This document shows positions 12,019 to 26,099 of a stretch of DNA of 64,000 nt, piece by piece. A program made the position numbers and the translations under genes. The stretch is from Octopus sinensis (Eukaryota), in contig NC_043002.1 in assembly GCF_006345805.1 (NCBI RefSeq), positions 50,964,001 through 51,028,000 of the forward strand. The letters run 5' to 3'. The notes below the pieces were generated by a model that did no database searches, was not told where the DNA came from, and was given only the letters and a program-made list of their open reading frames with translations. Positions within the stretch are counted from its first letter, which is position 1. Every line of letters begins with the position of its first letter.

Positions 12019-13285
12019 TGATGTGTTTACATACGAAAATCAAGATTGGCCAGTTTGTGTCAGTACAAGCAATCGTAATAAAACCTTGCAACTGCCAGTA
12101 AATTTTAACCATTTGAAGACAGGATTTCTCGAGAAGGTCAAGTTGCCATTCCTTAATAATCAGCAGCATTCTCTGGTTGAAACGTAAATTTTCAGCTACC
12201 TTGAAACCTCGTCATATTATCTCTAAGTGGTAAGTGAAAGAAATATGATGCTAGCTTGAAGCTGAAAGTGATAGCATACACCAAATCCCGCAACTGTAAT
12301 GAAAATTTAAATGCTTATAAAATTTAAACCTTTGTGGTTTAATTTGCTTTAATATATTTAAAATGATGTAAATTAGTACATTAAATGTGTATATTTTATG
12401 TTTCTGTAATAAAATGTATTCAGTAAACATGTCACCTTTAGCGCCCACAGAGCTATTGATGCAGTCAAATGAATTGCCATGCTGTAAGACAGACAAGACC
12501 TACGACTATTGCAAACAACCCAAATAGAGTCTTAAGGATACATATGTGAATCAAATTAAAGAAAAAGCCTGCAATGTAATTTATACTATATTTTATAACA
12601 CGTTGATATATTATAAATTCCGTAAGTAAATCAGTGAAAGCCTTTGAAGTAGACGATAAAATTAAACTTGGCACCATGTTAGTTGCAGCAAATTAACCGA
12701 AGTTTGAGTGACATCACCGTTTACACTACACCAGCTCACTTCATCTGAGGCCTATTATCGTATGCAATTAATAGAGTTTTACCATTATTTGAAATTACTT
12801 AAGCCCTTCGCTCCTTAATGATTATAGGTCATCAACGACTTTGCTCCACTGTTCTCGACTCCGAGCCGTCTTTTCTCTTCTTCCAAGTATTATTGGTTTC
12901 GAATTATCATCAGTACATCGGCAACTTTACTTTTTTCTAGGTAAGGGTGTCGGCCCTACGAAAACGAATTTTTATTGCTTGCAAGAGGTGGTCCATGTTT
13001 AGTCTAGCCTCTATTCTTTAAATTGTCCAGCATAGGAGTCCTTGCATGGCTCTCAAAATCATTGAAGCACACAAGTCACTGCATTTCAGCAAAGGCTAGG
13101 TCCTGTAGGGGGTAATTTGAAATGAATTGATTTCAATTTAGAAGCATCAAAACAGTATTGCATGATAGTATACTTAACAGCATGATTTCACTGGTGTTAG
13201 GGTTGTCATTAAAGAACTATAGCAGTAGTAAGTTCTTAGTTAACTAAGTGCCAAACTCCAACACCATTAAAACTTTTGGTGTATG

Positions 13286-13525
13286 CGGAGGCGTGTGGCA
13301 TAGTAGGTATGAAGTTGCACTTATGGTTGAAAGATTGTGGTTTCCATTCCTGGCCCGGTCGATGTATTGTATTCTTGAGCAAATCACTTCAATTCAGGTT
13401 GCTCCAGTTCACTCAGCTGGAATAACTGAGTAATCTTTGACGGACCGTCGTCCAGTTCCGTGGGAGAACATATGGCACAGACTAAGAGGAAACCGGCCTG
13501 AGGAGCCTATGGCGCAAAAGGGAGC
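13286..13525 (+). mobile_element. SINE family C
   Basis: ggaggcgtgtggcatagtagg head, tttccattcctggcccgg B-box-like region, CORE-like tgtattcttgagcaaatcacttc. Confidence 0.65.
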
Positions 13526-13693
13526 TTTAATAATTTTTTGTGACTCTCTGGTAAGAAACCTGCTTCTCAACAACATGATGCCGGGTTCTAACCCACTGCG
13601 TAGCAATTTGGGAAAGTGTTTTCTACTAAGCTTCGGGTAGACCAAAGTCTTGTGAGCGGATTTGGTAAACGGAAACTGAAAGAAGCACGTAAC

Positions 13694-13724
<31 letters not shown>

Positions 13725-13762
13725 TGTATGTATGTATGTATGTATGTATGTGTATGTATGTA

Positions 13763-13813
<51 letters not shown>

Positions 13814-13840
13814 GTGTGTGTGTGTGTGTGTATGTATTCA

Positions 13841-14091
13841 TATATAGGGAGAATTCACAAAAAAAACAAAAGACGAAGAGAGATGGTGTAGAGAACATGC
13901 AGATGTATTAGTTTAAAGATCGGGAAGTTAAAAAGTCTTTAACGTTTCGAGCCTATGCTCTTCCACAGAAAGGAATGGAGAAAGAAACAAGGAGAGAAAA
14001 TAAAGAATGTGTAGTGGCTAGCGATCTATTATGGCGTATGCCGGACAGAGGGATCACACAGGAGAGCCAGGGAGAAGGGGAGATAATAAAG
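13841..14091 (-). mobile_element. Penelope-like pLTR fragment carrying a hammerhead-like motif
   Basis: Homologous to 47950-48157 and 61175-61325; ends directly in (TA)n; contains the motif at 13937-13972. The PLE assignment is inferred from the motif and the (TA)n junction. Confidence 0.55.
13937..13972 (-). ncRNA. Minimal type I hammerhead-like motif (variant core CUGUGGA)
   Basis: CUUU-CUGUGGA-A-GAGC AUAG GCUC-GAAA-CG-UU-AAAG. Confidence 0.45.
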
Positions 14092-14749
14092 TATGTATGA
14101 ATGTATGTATGTATGTATGTATGTATGTGTGTGTGCGTGTGCGCGCGCGTGGTTTGTCTCTCTACCACTGCTTGTCAACAGCTGTCGTTGTCTTTACGCC
14201 CCTATATCTTAGCATTTCGACAAAGGACGCCGATAGAATAAGTACTAGGCTTAAAAATAGTCCTGCGGTCGATTTGTTCAGCTAAAACCCCTCCGGACAG
14301 TGCTCCAGCATGGCCGCAATCAAATGACTAAATCAAGTAAAGCAACAACAGTATAATACAGGTAAATTCTATATAACTGTGGGGTACAACTGTTTGTTCT
14401 AGTCGATGTTATATAAGAGAACATGTTAGAAAGACATGTGTACGCCTTGTAAATAAACATCCTTAAAATCAATCAAGAGCTTATTTCAGTGTAATATTGC
14501 TGGATCACATTATGCAGCGAGTATTTCTTAGATTTTTAAATGGAAAACAGTATGAGGGTCTCATGAGAATCAAGTCAACTTATACGTCGACATATACGTT
14601 ATGCATATGAATATATGCAATTTGTCTGGAGTTTCAATCTTGAACTTTCAGGATAAGCGCATATATGAAAGCCATTTTCGTCGGGTGTATGGCTGCATGC
14701 GTATGTATGTCTTCGGCTGTTTTATTGCGTATGTGTTTGTGCCTGAGAG

Positions 14750-14788
<39 letters not shown>

Positions 14789-14884
14789 AGGAGTGGGTAA
14801 GGTGACGATTTAAACTTTCATTTTGACTCACTGGGAGAGCGTAACTGAGATATAAAAACCAACCGTTTTTTAGTTCAGTTTCCA

Positions 14885-14970
14885 TTATCATCATCGTCAT
14901 CAACATCCATCACCAACACCACCACCACCACAGCCACAGCCACCACCGCCGCCGTCGCCGCCACCAATAC

Positions 14971-15012
<42 letters not shown>

Positions 15013-15032
15013 GGTCATCGTCATCGTCATCG

Positions 15033-15071
<39 letters not shown>

Positions 15072-15345
15072 CCAACACCACCACCACCAACAGCATCTTG
15101 AGTAGCAGCGGCAGTGGCAGCAGCTCCTTCAACGTCATTATAATTATTGCATACTAGTCAACCGTCGTCATCTTCAGCCTCATCATCATCATCCTCATTT
15201 TCTGAGTCGTCGTTTTGTCGTGGCTGTGGACGTCATCAAAATCATCACCACTATCAACAACACTAAACCACCACCAACACCACCACCACCATCACCACCA
15301 AAACCACCGCCACCACCACCACCACCACCATCATCATCATCGTCA
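14885..15345. repeat. Compound (CAT)n/(CAC)n trinucleotide low-complexity tract
   Basis: Read directly from the sequence. Confidence 0.9.
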
Positions 15346-15591
15346 TCATCATTATTTTTAATGCCAACACCTAATCATCGTCATGTCTACGTGTTATATC
15401 TTCATCACGTCTGGGAAATTTAAGCATGAAGAATCATTATGATTTTGTCTAACACACACACACACACACACACAACACATACAAACACATACACACACAA
15501 CAGCACACACATATACACAAACATACAGACATACGTGCTATACATACAGGTACACCTTATTTATACTCATATATATATTATATACACACAC

Positions 15592-15640
<49 letters not shown>

Positions 15641-15724
15641 ACACATACACACACAACAGCACACACATATACACAAACATACAGACATACGTGCTATACA
15701 TACAGGTACACCTTATTTATACTC

Positions 15725-15761
<37 letters not shown>

Positions 15762-16272
15762 TATACATACCTATATATATATAGATATATATATACACAC
15801 GCACACATATATACATATATACACGCATAATACATACGTACATACATACACACATACACAGATACATGCTTACATGCATACTCTTATTATAAATTGTTAG
15901 AAGCTGAATCTTTACTATTCGCTACTTCAAGTTTCTATATTTCCGACGTTCAGATGATGAGAGAAACTCGAAAAACGATTTGTGAGGTGACGGATTCCAG
16001 TGGATACAACACTTGACGTAGAGTATTAAGTGCGCGCTTTTCTCCATTTTTTTTCACAGTCAGTTGTTTACACACGTCTGCATACACATATGTATACATC
16101 CGTCCATCCATCCATACATACATACATACATACATACATACATACATACATGTATACATGCATACCTGCATACATACACACACATATATGTATATGTATT
16201 TATACATACATACATACATACATACATACATACATACATACATACATACATGCATATATCTATCTATCTATC

Positions 16273-16324
<52 letters not shown>

Positions 16325-16493
16325 CTCTCTCTCCTCTCTCTCTCTCTCTATATATATATAATATATATATATATATATCTATATATATATACATATATAT
16401 ATTGGTAGATCGACAGATAATAAGATATAGCTAGATAATATGCATATTGTATGCGCGTGTATGTGTGTAGAGATAGATAGACAAACAGATATA

Positions 16494-16538
<45 letters not shown>

Positions 16539-16548
16539 TAGATAGATA

Positions 16549-16612
<64 letters not shown>

Positions 16613-16951
16613 GCGGATAGCTAGATATGTAGGTAGATTGGTAGGTAGATAGACAGACAGACAGATCTACCTATATACCTACCTACATATCTGTTTATCT
16701 CTCTCTATCTATCTATCTACACACACTAACACACAGATATAATAGAAACACTTCTCTATTTCTCTACCTGTCTATATATCTGTCTATCAATGAATATATA
16801 TATATATCAAGATTAATCAGCCGAAATTGCTAAGATGATCTGGTTCTTGACTGATGACTGAGGGCTTCGAATGTCCCGTCCTGTGGTTCTTGTGTCGTCT
16901 CTGTGGTGTTTCATGTTCTTGTCCATGTCTGTAATTATATTTTACTGTTTA

Positions 16952-16988
<37 letters not shown>

Positions 16989-17399
16989 GCGCACACATAT
17001 ACATATACATATAGACAGATAGACAGACAGACAATTTATAAATATAGCTGTGTATATGGCCATATGCATTTGCTTATGTATCATATATTTCGTATCTGAG
17101 TACCAATATGAATAATGCATACGTATTTGTATGTATGTATGTACGTATGTATTCATGTGCGTGTGTCTAAGTAAAAAAGGAGAGATGAAATTAGTAAATA
17201 ACGGTGGAATAGAGAAGGTGGGTGTGGTAGATGTGCATAAATGCTTGCGTGTGTTTATACGTTTATGTATGTGCGACTGTGTATATATGTGTTCAAATTC
17301 AAATATATCTGGCATTTGTATGATCGCCTGAGTACGTACATCAGCCGTATTGTCTTATCTTATCTTTCGATTTCGGAATTAAAAACATTAAAAGTGGGA

Positions 17400-18100
17400 G
17401 CAAATAGAGAAAAAATGGAGGATAAACAAATGTAGAGAAAGAAAAACAACGAAAGATAGAGAGGAAGAAAACTAAGAAAGAGAAAATGAAAGAGAAAAGA
17501 AATGAGAAATGAGAAAATAAACGAAGGCCTGAAAGAATGACAGAAGGGAAAGAAGTCAAAAGGAAAAAAAAAAAAAATTGGAAGAAATTCAGAGAGAAAT
17601 TGAAGGCAGGAAAAAGGAAAGAATGAAAAAGAAAGAAAGAGAGCAAGAATGAATGGAAACCGAAACAGAAGCAAAGAAAGGAAAGAAAGGAAGAAATGCT
17701 GAAGAGAAAGAATGTCAGAAAGAAACAAGTAAAACGAAAGAAAATAAGAATTGCCCCTCCCCCCTCAAAAATAAAAGAATGGAAGAATGACAGAATCGAC
17801 ATAAAGTAACAAAGAACCAGCGAAAGAGTAACTGGCATGAATAACACACAAGCAATAAAAAAAAGGCAAGAAGAAAGAAAGAAAGAAAGAAAGAAAGAAG
17901 AAAAAAGAAAGAAAAAATGAATGAATGAATGAATGAAAGAACAAGCGAAAACGGTGAAGGAATGAAGGGCGAAAAAGAACAAATGAAACAAGTAAGAAGA
18001 AAGAAAACATAAAGGAAAGAAAAGGAGGAAAAAGGAAGACGGAAAGAAGGAGAGTCACAATGAATGAAATTTATATAAATATATACTAAAAAATAAAAAC
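17400..18100 (+). repeat. ~700-bp polypurine (GA/AAAG-rich) tract
   Basis: Strong purine strand bias with (AAAG)n and (GAAT)n runs. Confidence 0.85.
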
Positions 18101-18321
18101 GGAGGGAAGATGGATGAGGGGTACCAGTGTGGAAAGATTGTGTGTCAAGTCTGGCCCTGTTAATACAGTGGCGCCATCTATTGCATTTAGAAATCGTTAA
18201 TCTTCGTTATGATCCAGACATGGTACTTATCAACATTTCGTCAAGTGTCTGACAGATATAGGTCAAGGACACGAAGAGCTTGTTGGTGTTGTATAAGTGT
18301 ACGTTTATGTATGTATGTATG

Positions 18322-18415
<94 letters not shown>

Positions 18416-18583
18416 GTATATATGCAAACATTCACATATGCATAGAATCACATCCGTAAGCCTCTACATATTGACATACGAATATTCAAATTCATTTATG
18501 CATTTGTAGCTGTGTAAACAGAAAACAACACACGAGCACTCAGATATAAACATGCACACACTCTTGTGTTCTGTCTCTCTCTC

Positions 18584-18633
<50 letters not shown>

Positions 18634-19489
18634 ACTCTCTCTCTCTCTTCTCACATGCACACACATACGTGGAGGTACATGTGTGTATTAACTGTTGTAC
18701 ATTTGAACGTAACACAAATATTTCTGTGGCCGTGTGTGTGTGTGTGCATGTGTGTGTTCGTGTGTGTTTGTGTGTGCGTATATATATATATATATATATA
18801 TATTCATTTCATATGTATATATGTATGCAAATATATACATACGTACGTATGCTTTATAGTCATATGTATATAAATGTGTGCGATTATGTGTGTGTGTGTG
18901 CTTGTGTGTATGTGTGTAGATGAGTATGTAAGTATGCATACACAAATGCCCACATGCAAACACATATACAAGGATTTTATTTTCCTCCTACGTATGAATA
19001 TTCTCTTAACACTCAAAGTTACATAACCCAAAACATTGCAGTATCAAGTTATGGAATTTAAAATCCGTGTGCGTGCGTGTTTGTGTGTGTGCTATTTAGT
19101 AAGGAAATCACATTGTAAATAGCTGTTCATATGCCATTGAATTAGCGTTTAAATCTTTGGATTAAATGCCTTCCACTACTTGTACTGGCTGACTGCGTCC
19201 TTACTGAGGTGTTCAGTACTTTGAGAAGGAAATGCTTTTCACAAATAGTCCCCTAAAATTCTCAACAAGCTCATCCAGCAACATGAATTTCAGACAGAGC
19301 ACATCTTTAAAACGCTTCTCAACAAAATACGAAACAAACTAAGGCTTCGCCTTTTTCGACAAATTCATATTCGTAAGGACTACAAAAGAGCTTGGTAGAA
19401 AGGACAGATTTCACCTCACTGTTGGCAAACAGTTCAGTCTGGGGCCACCACAATCCACCACCAGAGGTCAAGAACAATTCTTGTATATA

Positions 19490-19538
<49 letters not shown>

Positions 19539-20514
19539 TGTTGCATGGTCGAATCGGCGGTTAAGTGAAGTTGCTAAAAACTTAGCACAGTTAAAAACAA
19601 ATCTGTCAAAAGGATGGATAAACCCAGTGTAGATTCAACCACTATCTAGCACTCAGAAATTGTTGGTATTCGGCGTGCTGACAGATATCTGGGAGTGAAA
19701 CACTCCTCAGTTTTTCTTAACGCATGTCTCTAGCAGATCACTCTGATATAGTAAGACCGGATGCACAAGGACAGACATTGGATATTTTAGGGATGTTTTG
19801 CTTGCGTTTGAGATTACTACAATCTCACATTCGTGAGTCTGCGACCATATTGGAACTAGAAATCTTGTCTCGGCTTGTCTCTGGAACATAGAGTGGCAAT
19901 CCGTCAGTTACGAGCGTTCCAGTTGACCCGATAAATGGTAGAGACTGCTTGTGAAATTAACGTGCGAGTGGTTGAGCCCTCCACAGATACGCATACCATT
20001 AACATTGTTCTCAGAGGGATTCAGGCTGATAAGATTGGTCCTTCGGATTACAGGTAGATTACATTTTTGTCAGCTGAATGGACCGGAGCAACCTGAAATA
20101 TAGTGTCTTGTGGAAGAACACAACGCGTCACCGGGAATTGAACTCACAGCCTATGTTTGATAACTGGTGAGTTGTGTATTCGAATGTGAGTTTGGATGAT
20201 ATTTACGAACCCACTCAAAAGGTGAGCATCATAAAGAAATATTTCTCGTCGTCACTCGACCTGCTAAATCTAACAGCCAAATGCTTCTCACATCACTCCT
20301 CTCGCTTTTACTCTTACCCTCTCCCTTAAAGAAGGCCATTATAGAGCATGAAATCCTAGACAAGATATATGTATGACCGAATGTATAGCACGTTGATTGC
20401 TGAAGCACTTTCGGTTACAGGGTGAGCTTGATCGAGTCTAACCGGCGGACAAACACATACACTAATAACAAGATTTCCATAAATAAATATCTCGGTAAAA
20501 ATATATATTCTTTT

Positions 20515-20783
20515 CTTTTATTCTTTTACTTGTTTCAGTCAGTTGACTGTGGCCATGCTGGAGCACCGCCATTAGTCGGACAAATCGTTCCTAGTACTTC
20601 TTCTATCGGTCACTTTTGCCGAACCACTAGATTACGGGGACGTAAACACACTAACATTGGTTGTCAAGTGATGGTGGGGGACAAACGCAGACACACAAAT
20701 ACACACACACACATTATACACGTATATATATATATGTGTGTGTGTGTGTGTGCATATATATATATAATGTATGTATATATATG

Positions 20784-20842
<59 letters not shown>

Positions 20843-21003
20843 CGACAAGCTTCTTTCAGTTTCCGTCTACGAAATTCACTTACATGGCTTTGTTCGACCC
20901 AAGGCTAAAGCAAGAATACACTTGCCTAAGGTGCCACACAGTGGAACTGAACCCGGAATCATGTGGTTGGGAGGCAAGCTTCTTATCACACAACCACGCC
21001 TGA
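20515..21003 (-). mobile_element. SINE family A
   Basis: Full head-microsatellite-tail structure on the minus strand. Confidence 0.8.
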
Positions 21004-21414
21004 AGGAAAAGAAAAACACACACACACGCACACAAGATTGGTCATGTCTTAGACATAATTGATCATAGGTTTTTCCAGTAGGGTTAAACAACAATAAAAA
21101 CAACATAGGCTAGAGCTTCTCATGCTGGTTCTCGTCGGTAGCCTGCCTACACCTTAAGGACCACCAGAATTCGAGAGGGTTTAAAACCGCCAGACACTCC
21201 CTTATTTAGGCTACTAAGCTTCAACCTCTTTACCTGAAAGCTAACCAACCAGGCAAGTAATTTGTTCCTTTTTTGTGTAGCTCAAAACTTATGATATGGT
21301 CCTACTGATATAGGTCGAATGACAAGACGGTACTTACCAATACATACATACATACATACATACATACATACATACATACATACATACATACATACATACA
21401 TGCATACATACATA

Positions 21415-21465
<51 letters not shown>

Positions 21466-21627
21466 TATATACATATATATATATATATTATATATATACA
21501 TATATATATATATATATTATATATATATACATATATATATATACGTAAATATATATGTGTGTATGTATATATGTATGTGTGGATGCATATATATATCTAT
21601 GTATATATGTTTGTGCGTATATATATA

Positions 21628-21677
<50 letters not shown>

Positions 21678-21904
21678 TGTATGTATGTATGTATGTATGA
21701 GTAAATACACTCGTGCGCACACACATACGAACGTTACATATGTACGTACACTTCGTATTTGTATAGGTGCATGCAATCGAAAGGTAGATCTCGGTAACAG
21801 TCAGATTAACATTAATCATTATGTTCGCCTTGACAAGTGTAACGTAGAAAAGGTGGGTACTGTGTCAGGTGTCTCGACGCTGAATGACACAGAACGAGGT
21901 ATTG

Positions 21905-22103
21905 TGTAGTAGTAGTAGTAGTAGTGGTGGTGGTGGTGGTGGTGGTGGTGGTGGCCTCGGCGGCGGGGCCGTGGTGGTGGTGGTGGTAGTATTAGTAGTA
22001 GTAGTAGTAATGGTGGTGGTGGTGGTGGGTGTGTGGTGCTGGTGTTGGTGGCGGGGTGACGGTGGTGGTGGTGGTGGTAGTGGTAGTAGTATTGGTAGTA
22101 GTG

Positions 22104-22198
<95 letters not shown>

Positions 22199-22200
22199 GA

Positions 22201-22237
<37 letters not shown>

Positions 22238-22250
22238 CGTAGTAGTAGCA
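21905..22250. repeat. Compound (GTA)n/(GGT)n microsatellite
   Basis: Read directly from the sequence. Confidence 0.95.
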
Positions 22251-22960
22251 GTGGCCCAATACAGTCACTTTTTTTTTATATAAATCTATATTTCTAGGAC
22301 CGTAAGTCATGCCAATGCGTTCTTCGTTTTATATGACGAGGTGGTTCGATTCAAAAGAAACTTGGTTGCTGCTTCCAGAACGTCATGCAGCCGCGTAGGA
22401 GTAGCTACGGTGCTGTCAACTGGTCAATGAAAGGTTTAATTGAGACTGATGACGCTAAAGTATGTATATGATGGGAGAGACAAATACTCGCAAAAAGATT
22501 GATATGAAACCAGTTTGAAAACAATATTATGATTCGAATTATTTATTGACGAATAATATTTGATTCCTTCAGTAAGTATGGGAGCTAAATCTGAACAAGT
22601 TTAGGCCTTGTTATATCTCCTTAGCAAAGCGTGTTTTTTTTTCTCCGTGTATACTGAAGTAGTAATGGTAGAATTAACAAGGTCGCACTGTTCAAAATAT
22701 TCAATGTGATTTTTTTGTTAGGCATGCGATTCAGGAAGTCCTGCGCGAAGCTGTTTACACATGACTGCTTTACGTGTTCACTTGAACTTTCATTAAATGT
22801 AATCAAATCTTGTACAAGCTTCTCCACATGGTCACCGGGAAATACGAAATCAAATATCTTTAATCCTTTATCTTTTAACTTTTACTGCTTTCAGTCATTT
22901 GACTTCGGTTATGCTAACGCACCACATTAAAGGTTTTAGTAAAACAATTCAATCGCGGTA

Positions 22961-23163
22961 CGAGAGGGAGCTTCAACGGTGTAGAGAAAAGCCTGGTTGG
23001 CGGTCCAAACTTCCGAGTTCTTTTACAGGGCTTAGAAAACCTTAAGGATCGCTCCAATTAGTGTGTAAATATGAAAGAGGAATATGTTGAATAAAATCTT
23101 AACTAACTGATTCTCTTGTATTTTCTTTTACCCAAAGCCAGGTACTTTTCAACTCCGACCCTC
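22961..23163. mobile_element. mariner-derived MITE nested in a SINE-A copy (22865-23345, minus)
   Basis: TA-cgagaggg...acttttcaactccgaccctc-TA; same family as 40401-40616. Confidence 0.65.
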
Positions 23164-23354
23164 TACAATATATTTTAAGCCTGTTACTTATGCTATCTGT
23201 TTCTTTTGCAGAACCGCTATCTTACATGGGCACAAGCAAAATAACACCCGTTGTCAATCACTGTGGGGACAAACACAAATATAACGATACACAAAGACAC
23301 ACACACACAGACACACACACACACTTACACATATATATGATGGACATCCATATC

Positions 23355-23635
23355 AAAGACGATGTATGAGTGTTCAGCTTTAACCGAACGACCTGCACAA
23401 CTGATTTGTTTATAGTGATCAAGTGTATGCTCCTTACATTTGCTAACTCCCTCCATCAAATTGACGTTGCCTGAACACTTGCATGGTGTACCACACGTCA
23501 GTTGTCAAAGAGATTGCAGAGCAACACGAGATTAAGTGTTTTGCTCAAGAACACAACGCACCACTCGGTCTAGGAATTGAACCCACGATCTCTCATTCGT
23601 TAGTGCAGCACCCTATCCACTAAGCGATGCATCTG
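23355..23635 (-). mobile_element. tRNA-headed SINE family E (head and CORE-like domain shared with family C, different tail)
   Basis: Reverse complement gcttagtggataggg...gggttcaattcctagacc...ttgtgttcttgagcaaaacactt. Confidence 0.65.
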
Positions 23636-24899
23636 CATATATATATATATATATATATTCCAACAAAACTGTCCGACGAATGGGAAATGCATGCATGTAT
23701 GTATGTATGTATGTATGTATGTATGTATGTATGTATGTATGTATGTATGAGTGGCATGGGCTTCCAGATAGTCTTCGTCTAAGAAATTCCCTTCGAAGGC
23801 ATTAATCGGCCCGCGATTATAGAAGACACTTAGAATGTGTCATATATAGGAACTGAATATATTTTGTCCAAACAAAGGGAAGCTAACTTCGGTAGAACTT
23901 GAACTCAGATTACAAGCAATCGAAATATACACCAGATAAGCTGCATCTACCCGACGCTGTAACGATTCTGGTAGTTCATCCGTATACATTAATCTAAATC
24001 CCTAGATACACTAACTGAGGTAGCGCACATGACTGGAATGAATCTAATAATAGGTCACCAGGATTCAGAGCTGATCTTGGGACACACAATAAGAACAACA
24101 TCATATAGAAAGCAACCACTGCTGACAAACTTATATCTAGCCTAGTACCCTGGAGCCTTTTTTCACTTGTGGTACACTTATATTCTTTTGCAAATTCGGC
24201 GGCACATCTGAACGAAAAATATAACACACAGTATAGGAATAAAATTATATACTGGTTGCACTGCGGCACACCTAGTATCGTTACGTGACACACCAGTGTG
24301 CCTCAGCATACCGGATGTGGAACACTGATCTAGACAACCTGACAAAGGGTCCTGCCAGTCTGTCTGCCAGTACGTTTATCTGTCTTTATATATATATGTA
24401 CACCTTCCTCTGTTGATCTGTCTGGTATTGTTGGCCTAAATGGAACTAATATCAGCAGTCTTCATAACGTCTTTTGTCTTTGTGTGTACCTAAGTGTGTG
24501 TGCATGTGTATGTGTATGCGTGTGTTATGTGCGTGTATGTGCGTGTGCGTTGTGTCCAGCATACATTTGACAGTTTGCATAAATAAGAAAACGATATCTT
24601 ATCTAAAAATAAAGTACTTAAATTTTTTTTTAAATTATGGATTAGATGACGGCTGTGAAATAACGATTCCTAATTTTGGCCCAAGGCCAGCAGGTTTGAG
24701 GGAGGGGTTAAGTCGATTACATCGACTCCGAAAAGGTAAAAGGCAAAGTCGACCTCAGCAGAATTTGAACTCAAGATGCAAAGACAAGGAAATGCTACAA
24801 AGCATTTTGCCCGGCTTACTAGCGATTCTGCCAGTACGTCACTTTAGGCAGCGAAATAACAGTTTACTCAAAGCAGCTACTCTCAGCTTCCACTACAGC

Positions 24900-25085
24900 C
24901 CCATGATGGTTCTAGAACTTGGAGCAAATATTCTTCACTGCGTCCCTGGGAAGATCTTCGAACGCCTTAATCTTGGCCACCAGCTCGGCCTTAGTGTTCA
25001 GGCAGAGAGCAGTTGGTGTCTTTCTCAACTGCGATCCACACATAAGATACATGGGATTACAATTCGGGAATTATGGAACCGGAAC
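24900..25085 (-). mobile_element. maT (DD37D-like) transposase C-terminal fragment
   Basis: Minus translation WIAVEKDTN...NTKAELVAKIKAFEDLPRDAVKNICSKF; homologous to 50301-50520. Confidence 0.7.
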
Positions 25086-25542
25086 ATCTGTTAACATTGT
25101 TTCTCTTTTTTTTTACTACAACTTATGTGACAACACAAAATTTATTTCAAGCTAATAAGGGGAGACCTCTGCACAGACGTTCGATGAGCTAGATGTAGCA
25201 GCGAAATTTCTCTAGAGATCCAATCCAATAAGCTCTAATTCGGACTCACTGAAAGAACTAATCTTATATTTACATATTTAGACAACATCGTGTGTGTGTG
25301 TATGTGTGTGTGTGTAAGTGTGTGTTGTGTATCATTATTATAATGTGTGTGTGGTGTGTGTGTATGTGTTGTGTATAATTGTAATAACCAGAAAATATAA
25401 TGGTATTTCTGATTGTATATATGTAATAGTGTGTTGCTGTGGGACATAAAATTTCGAAGAATGAGTGAATCAAGGCTATCAACAGCATCAATATAATGTA
25501 CCTTATAACTAACCAAATAAATAAATAAATATCCATATGATT

Positions 25543-25970
25543 AGGCGCAGGTGTGGCTAACCTCCCAACCACATAGTTACGGATTCAGTCCCACTGCGTG
25601 GCACCTTGTGTAAGTGTCTTCTATTATAGCCTAGGGCGGACCAAAGCCTTATGAGTGGATTCTGTTGACAGAAACTGAAAGAAGCCCTTCGTATATGTGT
25701 ATATATATATATGTGTGTGTGTGCGTGTGTGTGTATATGTGTGTGTATATGTCTTCGTATCTGTGTTTGTCCTCCGCCACTTGACAACCGGTATTGGTAT
25801 GTTTACGTCACCGTAACGTAGCCGTTCGGGGAAAAAAACGATAGAATAAGTACAGGCTTAACTAAAACAATAAGTCCTGAGGTCAATTTACTGACTAAAA
25901 ATACTTCAAGGCAGTGCCCCAGAACGGCCGCAAACAAATGACTGAAACGAGTAAAAGATAAAATATAAAA
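25543..25970 (+). mobile_element. SINE family A
   Basis: aggcgcaggtgtggct head, internal (TA)(TG) tract, standard tail. Confidence 0.8.
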
Positions 25971-26099
25971 GAAAAGATGATTACAAATATGTGTGTGTAG
26001 TTAGGTTGCGAGATTAGTCCCACGACAGATGTGTACATTTGGAATTCGAATATAGTTCTGTTTCCTGAAAGATTTACTGAGTATCGAAGGGTATTATTA

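Larger units (their letters stand above)
13545..14345 (+). mobile_element. SINE family A interrupted by a Penelope-like fragment in its internal microsatellite
   Basis: 5' half at 13545-13700 and 3' half at 14130-14345 match intact copies such as 52568-52960. Confidence 0.7.

Noticed and set aside
16610-16720. Short inverted repeat agatatgtaggtag / ctacctacatatct
   Set aside because: It is a polarity flip within a (GATA)/(TAGG) microsatellite, too short and low-complexity to interpret.
16805-16950. CTGATGA at 16851 within a possible PLE-like fragment
   Set aside because: It is followed by GAAT rather than GAAA and has no convincing stem II; there is no second copy in the window.
17341-17991. 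216-aa F/L/S-rich ORF resembling a membrane protein
   Set aside because: It is the antisense of the polypurine tract, and its composition is explained by the repeat.
24474-25094. 206-aa plus-strand ORF
   Set aside because: It runs across a (TG) tract, an antisense SINE-B and an antisense maT fragment, so it is a chance composite.
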